Assembly (NCBI GenBank): GCA_964016885.1
Contig: OZ024742.1
Span: forward strand, 247,008,001 to 247,072,000
Direction of reading: 5' to 3'
From: Eledone cirrhosa
Taxonomy: Eukaryota
DNA: 64,000 bases
Under the pieces are notes generated by a model, which was given only the letters and a program-made list of their open reading frames with translations, ran no database searches and was not told the origin of the DNA. Positions 55,516 to 64,000 of this stretch are shown in pieces. The position numbers and the translations under genes were made by a program. How positions within the stretch are numbered: position 1 is the first letter of the stretch; the number at the start of each line of letters is the position of its first letter.

Positions 55516-57200
55516 CGGAAGAAATGTGGAAAGGAACCAGGTGGACCATAACGCACCAAAGTACTCAATACTTAGGGTAGTAGAGTGGGTAATAGGAATG
55601 AGTAGGACTGATGGATCCATTTGCCCCCGTCGACAACAGATGCAGAGATCGTAATGTAATCTACCAGTGCAACGTGAGGACGGACACCTCCAACAAAGCT
55701 TATTTAGGATTAACCGCATGTGACTTCAAGACCCGGATATACCAACACAGACATACCTTCCGAAACCCGGCCCGGCGTCACGCCACTACACTCTCGGGCC
55801 ACATATGGGACCTCAAGGATAACAACATTACCTATGATCTTCCTTGGAGGTTACTGTCCAGAGCCAACTCTTACACGGGAGGACGCCGTCCGTGCAATTT
55901 ATGCTCGGAGGAAACTTTACAAATGCTGTTTTTGACGGACCAACTCCTAAACAAGAAAGATGAACTGGCTACTGCATGTAAACACAGATTGCGTAGGACT
56001 TACCTCGCCCTCAAACGCCATAATGACCCGGGTGGGGGGGGGGGCAAACTAGGGCTATAACACCCCACTTGCCGATTTTGTAATGGGTAACCCCTGCTTG
56101 CTAAGGGAGACGTAAGATCTTCTTTTATATCTTTTTATCGCTTCCTCTATATTTCCTTCTTCCCCCCATCCCCCCTAGTCCTTCCACCCCAGTTCTCTTT
56201 CTTTGTCGTCGTCTTTTTCTCGCCCACACGAGGCAGCCCCTCGGTCCTTTGTAGCCTCAGTACCCCCACCCCCTTCCCCTATTCTATGATAGATTTGGCC
56301 GACTCCGCTTTTTATAGCAGATGTGTTAGACCCTGGATACTTACCCTCTTATCCGACCGCTGCCTCTTTTCCGTGCTTTCTATATTTCTAGGGGGGGGGG
56401 GGGGGGGGGTTCTGAATTAATTTTCCGTATCAAATTTTACTTTTACTTCGTATGAGCTTTTATGTAGCTTGCACTAGAACTTTTGTATCGTGGCGGCTCC
56501 CTTAGAGATAGTATTAGTATTCTTTTTCGGGACTCTGAATTATTATTTCGTATTAGTTTACTTTTTTGCACTGGGTGGTTGCTGGCCTTGTGCCTGGGGT
56601 AGAAACTTTAATTATTTCTTGGTAGTTTCTTTAGAATTTTGGCCCCTCACTTGTTGACCCGTCACCGTAAGATATACTCGGTTTATTACTTATACCTCTT
56701 AAAAGGGTCTCATTTTAATTCCGTCCCACCTAGTATATTTCTTTAGCCTAGCAATAGTGAGAGACTTAGGTCGTAGTAACCAGAAATTGTTTATTTTTGT
56801 TTACATTTAATTGCTTTTTAACACTCTTTTCTATATTTACCCCTTATTGTTCTACTTACTGTTTCGACTTCCTCTCCCTCCCCCTCCCTAGTATCTTCTT
56901 TGACCTCACGCCCAGCTATAGCTGGCACTATCAACGCCTGAATGGGTCTCCTCCACCCCTCTCCCTCTTTCTCCTACTGGCAGGTTTAGCTACCCCATCC
57001 CTCCACAAATTGCCATCATAGAATTATTATGTCTCAACTACAAACTTTTGACCAATCCCTGTGACAATCACTTTGACCATATATGGAATTACCCCTTGAG
57101 AAGGTCGGCTATTCAAATACCAGGATAAAAATTTTCATTTAGTCCAGAATTAGCCGTCGAAACGGCTTGAGCTCAGCCGTCGGGGTCCTACTCATTCCTA
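55513..57200 (+). mobile_element. 5'-truncated PLE (Nematis-like GIY-YIG) with inverted terminal repeat at its 5' end and long 3' UTR
   Basis: ORF 55611-56060 NVIYQCNV..YLGLT..FKTRIYQH..LSGHIWDLK..CNLC..E..LLNKKDEL..CKH; 55513-55608 is an inverted pLTR; (TA)n on both sides. Confidence 0.85.
57091..57186 (+). ncRNA. Type I hammerhead ribozyme, U3-A8 variant, full stem III
   Basis: acccc-TTGAGAA-ggtcggcta...tagccgtc-GAAA-cggct(tgagctc)agccg-TC-ggggt. Confidence 0.78.
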
Positions 57201-59045
57201 TATATATATATATATGTATGTATATATATATATATATAAATGTAATCTGAGCTTTTCGAATATTGATAATAATATTCGATTCGTTTGCAATTATGCAAAC
57301 AGACTCTTTTAAGCCATGTCAGTAGAATGAGCCCCTCTTCTTCCACTTGTATTGGCATGTAAACAGAACCGCACGCACTAATGTTTCTGGGTTATTACCC
57401 TTCATCAGTGCAGTTTACTGCTCACCTGCCAACTGTCAGAGCTATTGAAAATATATGATAATTTCTGAAATATACAGTGACTCAAACACACACTCACACT
57501 ATTACTCTGCTCTGCATATCAACCTCCTTTCTTACCAGTATTTCCCCTCCTTGTTATATTTAATATGTCATCCTCCTTCCTCTGTCATCTCTTCCTTCCT
57601 CTCAATTCCTCCTCCCCGCTACTCTTTCTTTCACTGTCCTCTTCCTCCTTCTCTTCCTACCTTTTCTTTACTCTTCTTCATTTTCCTCTCCTCCTCTGCC
57701 TTCCACTGTGGTCTTACCACTTCTTTCTCCATTCCACTTATCTCCTTTCACCTCGCTTCATCTCTCACACTCAACATCTCTCCCCCACTACCCCTCTTTC
57801 CTAATAACTCCCTTCCTCTCTCACCCTTTCATTAGCCCCTCCTTTCAATTCCCTACCCCTACATACTCTCACCACTTTCAAGAGGCTGTATATTCCGTCC
57901 TTCGTAGAATATTCTAGATCTGCCTCTCTCACTCTGTAGCAATATGGTAAGCAGAGACCTCCATAACGTTGAACCTATTAAAATATCCCATTTCTGACGC
58001 AGGTAATCGGAGAAAGTTCTAGAATTTCTCCAAATGCCACTGATTGCATTCAAAATGGAGGAAAAAAGCTTTTTAGAAAAATTATTTTATATTCACAATG
58101 TATATTGGTTTGTTTTAATATTTTACAATTTTAATAGAAATATGATGTATGGAATAACAGTATTTATCGCACGGACAATAATTACACACATATGTGTGTA
58201 TATATGTATGTAAATGTATATGTAGGTGTGTATGTATATATGGTGTATGTATGTATCTATGTATGCATGCATGTATGCATGTACGTATGTATGTGATTAT
58301 ATATGCGTGTATGCAAGAATATATGTATATATATATGAAATATATGAAATGAATATATATATGAAATGTATATATATATATGTGTATTGATTCACGTTTG
58401 TATATATGTATGTATGCTTGCAAGTAAGTATGCATGCCTGTATGTATGAATGTATATATGTCCGTATGGATGTCTTTATCTACTTCAACAGCACACTCAA
58501 CCAAATATATACCCCCCCCCCCCCAAACACACTTATATATATATCTTATATATAAGCTACCTTAAAGGGAGCTATTTCCTTGTCATTGCAAAATAGAAGT
58601 ATTTCCACTCATTGACTCGCGGAAAAACATTTTCACAAGTCCAGTTTTATCAATTTCCCCTGTATTTTCGTATAAGTGTCTGTGCGGCGAATTTATTTCT
58701 GTGGTTTCTTCATTAATGGCCGCAAATAAAGGTATTTTTTATTATGTAATATATATAGGGAGAAGTAGATAGACAGATGAATATTAGGTATATAGACAAA
58801 GAGATACATAGACAGATAAATAGATACATAAATGGAGAAAGTTGAAGGGAAAGAGCAACATCGCAAAAGTAGTTTCCTTCTGCGAATTTGCTGTAAGCCG
58901 ATTTCCCAGCCGGTTTCCGTCTGTTTCGTTTAATAGAGCCAATGCGTCTCCGTAAAATAAGATAGACGAATTGCACACTTTACCTTCTATATCGCCTATA
59001 TATATCGCATAATATATATATATTTACACACACACACACACACTA

Positions 59046-59124
<79 letters not shown>

Positions 59125-59179
59125 TGTATAAATATATATATATATATATGTATATATATGTATATATATATATATACAA

Positions 59180-60070
59180 GTAGAAGCTTAGTAAAATCGA
59201 AGCTTTGGCTGTGGCCAAGCAAAGTCGACCTACAATATGGAATGAGTAGCAAAACACAGGACGGTGCAAATGGGCAATTCTGTGTGTAAAGAAAATAAAA
59301 AAACAAAGAAAATGACAAAAAAGAATGAAAGGAAAATTCTCCAACAGGGAGTAACTTCCGAGGAACACTCGTGGAGAAAGCCCATTATGAAAGCCCATTA
59401 AGAAAGCCACGGTGACCCTGACCACAAAGGCAAGTGCCCTCGTCCAGTTTTCCACCTTCAATTTACAGGCGCACACTCAGAGCAGGCCCATTCACTCAAG
59501 CCATGCTTGCCTCTCTCACCCATCTTTCAACAAAATACTGGGAAGGGAGCACTTCCCTCTCACCCTTATTTTCCTTTTCAAATGAAATTTGAAAAAGTTA
59601 ATCAGGGCATTACCAAAGAGGTAAGTGCTCTTCTTCAGCCCTTTCAAACGCGTTCACCACACGATCTCTTTCGCCATGGCCACCAGACAGATAAAAACTG
59701 CCTGCCCTTGCTGGCTAAATGAAGACGGTAGGGCAATCCTCACGATGGACTCAGCTGACAGCCGGATCGGTGCTACATGCGACAGCAGGTGTTCGACATA
59801 AACCCACAAGTCAGCAATGCTCGGACACTGGACGAGTGCGTGCAGGACGGTTTCGTCGCCCAGCGCGCTTCTCGGACAGACCCGGCTGACGGCACTTCCA
59901 TGCCTGTAGAGTTTATTCAGAACTGGCAAAGCTCCTCGGTAGCACTGCTAGGCCAGGGATTTCTCGAAGTTGTCCATGAGCCCCATCCCGAAAGTTCTCC
60001 CGAAGAGATTGGCTAGTTGATTTTTCTCGACGCCCAGAGTCTCCTCAACAATATGCGCTCAAGGAATGAT
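59180..60070 (-). mobile_element. Tx1/L1-like LINE 3' fragment
   Basis: CPRSALGDETVLHALVQCP..LW zinc-knuckle region and AKEIVW; 3' UTR ends at (TA)n. Confidence 0.75.
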
Positions 60071-60093
60071 ACCTAAGGTGTCTAATAATTACT

Positions 60094-60858
60094 TATCCAA
60101 TATCCCAGGAAACCCACGTATAGAAGAAATACAAAGGATTGTACTGATGGGAGCTGCCCATAAAGTAAGAAATATTCTGTCGATAAAGGTATATCACAAG
60201 TGTAAACACATAAAGATACATGTGTGAATGTTTTTCTTGAACATGGTGGACCTTATTGTCTCTTGAGGTCACTGGTTGGGACTTGGTGATAACTCGTATG
60301 AACATAAACCAAGATAAATGAAATTATAACAATAATAAAAATAATCAACAAAATCTGTAAGTTATTGACTTGTAATAAGATGCACCAGCCGAAAGCGGAT
60401 GTTGATCATCTTTACCCTCCTAGAACTCAAGGAGGCCGTGGCCTGATTTAATTTGAACTTACAAGATCACCACTATTGGACTGGCCAAATACCTTGAAAC
60501 AACAAACGACTGTATGCTGAAAGTAAGAAGCTTCATTCTATCTTGAAGGAGGGCAACAAATATGCTACTGATTTCATCCTTGATACCCAGGTTGGACTGA
60601 CTAAGGAAACTGTTGCAACTAATGTTGCTAAGCACATAAAATTAATGGCAAAAGCAAAAGGGCAAGAGCAATTAGCATCAAAATGGGAGCAGAAACCTCT
60701 GCATGGCAAATATATGGCCCATAGTAAAGACGGTGATGTTGACTAAAAGAACACCCATCAGTGGCTACGTAGTTCAGAGCTAACAGCAGAGAGCGAAGGA
60801 TTCATCTTAGGTGCCCAAGATCAAAGCTTACTGACACAGAATTGCGAAGCCAATGTGG
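60094..60858 (+). mobile_element. Two R4/Dong-like fragments (3' end, then internal RT C-terminal part)
   Basis: EIQRIVLMGAAHKVRNIL plus TAA-rich tail; then LYPPRTQGGRGL, WEQKPLHGKY, EGFILGAQDQSL. Confidence 0.7.
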
Positions 60859-61567
60859 AAAGAACGAAAAAAACGAAGATAATACGTCATGTGTGGATCG
60901 TGGAGAACAATAGCACGCAAAGACAAAACCACGTAAATGGTATAGCAGAAGTCGCAGACTAAAATTCTAACTAGGAGACCGAATGAATCTCCGCTACAGA
61001 GTTAACGACAAAGTAAATAAATACAATACAGAAGTAATCGAAATAAATAAATACATGCACGCAAACAAATACGTACATACACAAGCATACGTTTTTTTCG
61101 TTCATTGCCAGAGAATTGCCATCTCTCTTCATAATGTATTTTTAACTCTGATACTGGTTCAGTCTAATTCAACCGGATTGGTCTGTCCCAGTCATTCATT
61201 GAGCAACATCGGTAAGGTTGGCACCATTAACTCACGGTTGGGTGTGGATGCATTCATGTATATGTGTGTGTCCGCATGTATCTGTGTGTTTCTAAATATA
61301 TTGTTCATAACTCCCTCTGGTCGAGTAATCTTTGAAGTGTGGTGACTGCTGGAAAGCTGCCATTACTCATACTTCTCGCCTCCTTCACCACCTCTTCTAC
61401 GGCTTCGATATAAATACCCCCTCCGCCTCCGTGGTATTTTCTTCGGGGTTATAAGAGGCTTAGCTCTGTTTCTCGACCGTTATATCGCGTGACTATCTCC
61501 CCCTCCGCCTTTTGGGATTCTTTCTCACGTCGTGTAGACGCGTTCTTGAAGCTAGTAAAATGAGGTA

Positions 61568-61657
61568 TCCTCTTGATAAGTCGGCAGACCTCGCAAGGAC
61601 TCTATATCTTTATGATGTATTGTTTTTGTTTATGCCACGAAACTACGTAGTCGAGGA
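61568..61657 (+). ncRNA. Type I hammerhead ribozyme, U3-A8 variant
   Basis: tcctc-TTGATAA-gtcggca...tgccac-GAAA-ctacgtag-TC-gagga. Confidence 0.78.
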
Positions 61658-62395
61658 ATCTAGGAGCAGTTTAGGTATGATACATTTTATTACTAATTAT
61701 ATCTAAATGTTTCTTCTCTCTTCATAATGTATTTTTAACTCTGATACTGGTTCAGTCTAATTCAACCGGATTGGTCTGTGCCAGTCATTCATTGAGCAAC
61801 ATCGGTGAGGTTGGCACCATAAAACTCACGGTTGGGTGTGGATGCATTCATGTATATGTGTGTGTCCGCATGAATCTGTGTGTTTCTAAATATATTATAT
61901 ATATATATATATATTTACGTGGTTTTGTCTTTGCGTGCTATTGTTCTCCACGCTCCACATATGACGTATTATCTTCGTTTTTTTTCGTTCATTGCCAGAG
62001 AACGTCTCTATGAACCACCTAAGAGAACATTAGTCTACGACCTCTTTTATACCATAAACATGGTTCTGTCTTTGCGCGTAATTGTTTTTCCCGCTCCTAT
62101 TAATGACGTATTATATTCGTTTTTTCCCGTTGTTTGCCAGCGAACGTTTCCACGAACCAAAGTATCGTCTTCCTGTCTTCTTCCGGTTGCAACGTTTTTT
62201 GGAATATCCACTTCTCCGTTTACAGATTGACTTTGTTAGTTTCAGAAGATCCTGTTAAGGGTGAAAGCAGCGATTCTTTGCTTAAACTTTAATCTGTTAT
62301 TTTAATAAATATTTGCTATACGGTTCTTATATATTTGATATATATTTATCCTTATCGAGCCCTCTTTGGATTTTAGTCTTCAAATTTATTACTAT

Positions 62396-62450
<55 letters not shown>

Positions 62451-62740
62451 AACACAAACATAAAGACAATTCCCACTCTTCAGTAATCATTTGTGAGTTG
62501 CAGATGTTTCGACGCATTAAAGACAGTACATCTCACCACAGAGCGTTAATAACTACGAGGTATGTACTGCTGTCTAATGTTCCTCCTCTCTATCGTTATA
62601 TTTTTTTTTGTATACTTTTTTTTTCTTCTTTCTTTTCTGTTTAATTTATTTTTATTTTTCAGTCGTTCTTTTCGCCAGCGTTTTTTTTTTTTTTTTCTGC
62701 TGATTCATTCCCTAGTAACTATACCTCGTAGTTATTAACG

Positions 62741-62992
62741 CACAGTTAATTCACCATAACGGGAACGATTGATTCACCTTAGCGGATCTTCAGCTTGTAA
62801 TGGACATGGTTATACGGAACAGGGAGGACCTCTCTGTTCCGTATAACCATGTCCATTACGGGCTGAAGTTCCACTAAGGTGAATCAATTATTCACGTTAT
62901 GGTGAATTAACTGTAGTGTTACCTCTTCAATCTAACTCGTCCCATTGACTGAGTGCTCTGCCACTACGGATATTACCTTCTAGTGTTCTACC
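62741..62992. mobile_element. Palindromic PLE-type terminal repeat, decayed HHRs
   Basis: Arms ~62742-62826 and ~62830-62914; homologous to 19870-20080. Confidence 0.8.
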
Positions 62993-63055
62993 TTTCTCTC
63001 TCTCCCTCTCTCCCCCTCTCTCTCTCTCTATATATATATATATAGAGATATACAT

Positions 63056-64000
63056 ATGATGGCTGCAACCTCTGCCAAGAGTATTGCAATCGCTTGTCAG
63101 ATTCAGATGTGGGACGCTCGGATATGGCTTTTGAAGCCTGCTAGAGACTTTTTCACACACTGACAACAACTATGGTTCTCCTTGGCTTGAAGTCCTGCAT
63201 CAGGTTGCCCGTGAACCCTCACAACACCGTGGAGATCATACTTCACTGGTTCTCTTTGAACATGGCTGCGACTGTGGCTCCTGAGACCAGATTTGCTCAA
63301 GCAAATTTTCCCACACTCAGGGCACTTCAATTCAATGGACACACCGATCGTTTCGAGATATGCACCAGGGCACAGCTTACGCACATCCCGTTTGACTTTC
63401 TCGTGCTCTATGCGTCTGTCCTCAAAATTATGGACCCCATCATTCACCATTCCACGCCAAGTTTTTCTTTCAAGAGTTTCTATCTCCCAGTCAGCCATCA
63501 TCAAACCAGGTTTTTTTCAATGAGTCCTTTAAACAATCCTTGACTCGGAGCTTTGGCTTGTGAGGTGGTCTCTTACCCTCACAAAGCTCGCCATACAAGA
63601 GGTGTTTTGGGATTCGATCATCCTCCATTCTGCAGAGGTATCCGGTCCATCGCAAACACCGTTGGTGGATGATACTCGCAATGGTCCGCCACTCACTTCT
63701 CTCAAGGACTTCAACATCACTCACATGCATCTGCTACTTGATACCGAGCATCTTTCTGAGACTCTGCTGGTGAAACCGTTCCAGTCTGTGGATATGCCGT
63801 TTGTAGGCAACCCATGTCTCACATGCATACAGCAAAGCTGACAGTACACGTGCAACATACACTCCCACCTTGGTCCTTATTGTGATTCCTCGCCTGCACC
63901 AAAGACGGTCGTTGAGCTTCGAAATGACTCACTTGCCTTACTAATACGTAGACCAACTTCTGTATCCAGAGAGCAGGTCACACTCAGAGTACTCCCCAAA
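63056..64000 (-). mobile_element. RTE (BovB-like) LINE 3' part with C-terminal C2H2 zinc finger
   Basis: LRWTGYLCRMEDDRIPKHLLYGEL and CPECGKICLSKSGLRSHSRSH; tail ...gaggttgcagccatcat; runs off the window end. Confidence 0.88.

Overview
Eukaryotic, AT-rich, repeat-saturated DNA with no recognisable host gene. The tRNA-head SINE families and dense (TA)n/(CA)n tracts suggest an octopus/cephalopod genome (inference). The window holds at least five Penelope-like retroelement (PLE) copies from about four families (RT + C-terminal GIY-YIG), decayed RTE, R4/Dong-like and Tx1/L1-like LINE fragments, one disrupted hAT (hATm-like) DNA transposon, a MITE, about 15 SINE copies and many microsatellites. 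The most interesting signal is non-coding: about 15 type I hammerhead ribozyme (HHR) motifs can be read directly, nearly all in short elements inserted into (TA)n tracts and often arranged as fold-back palindromes. Two ORF-less ~460-480 bp tandem families (51408-52410 and 54163-54980) carry intact minimal HHRs plus a shared octamer motif and look like cephalopod retrozymes (circular-RNA-producing non-autonomous retroelements). All calls are by eye from motifs; clade names and ribozyme activity are untested.
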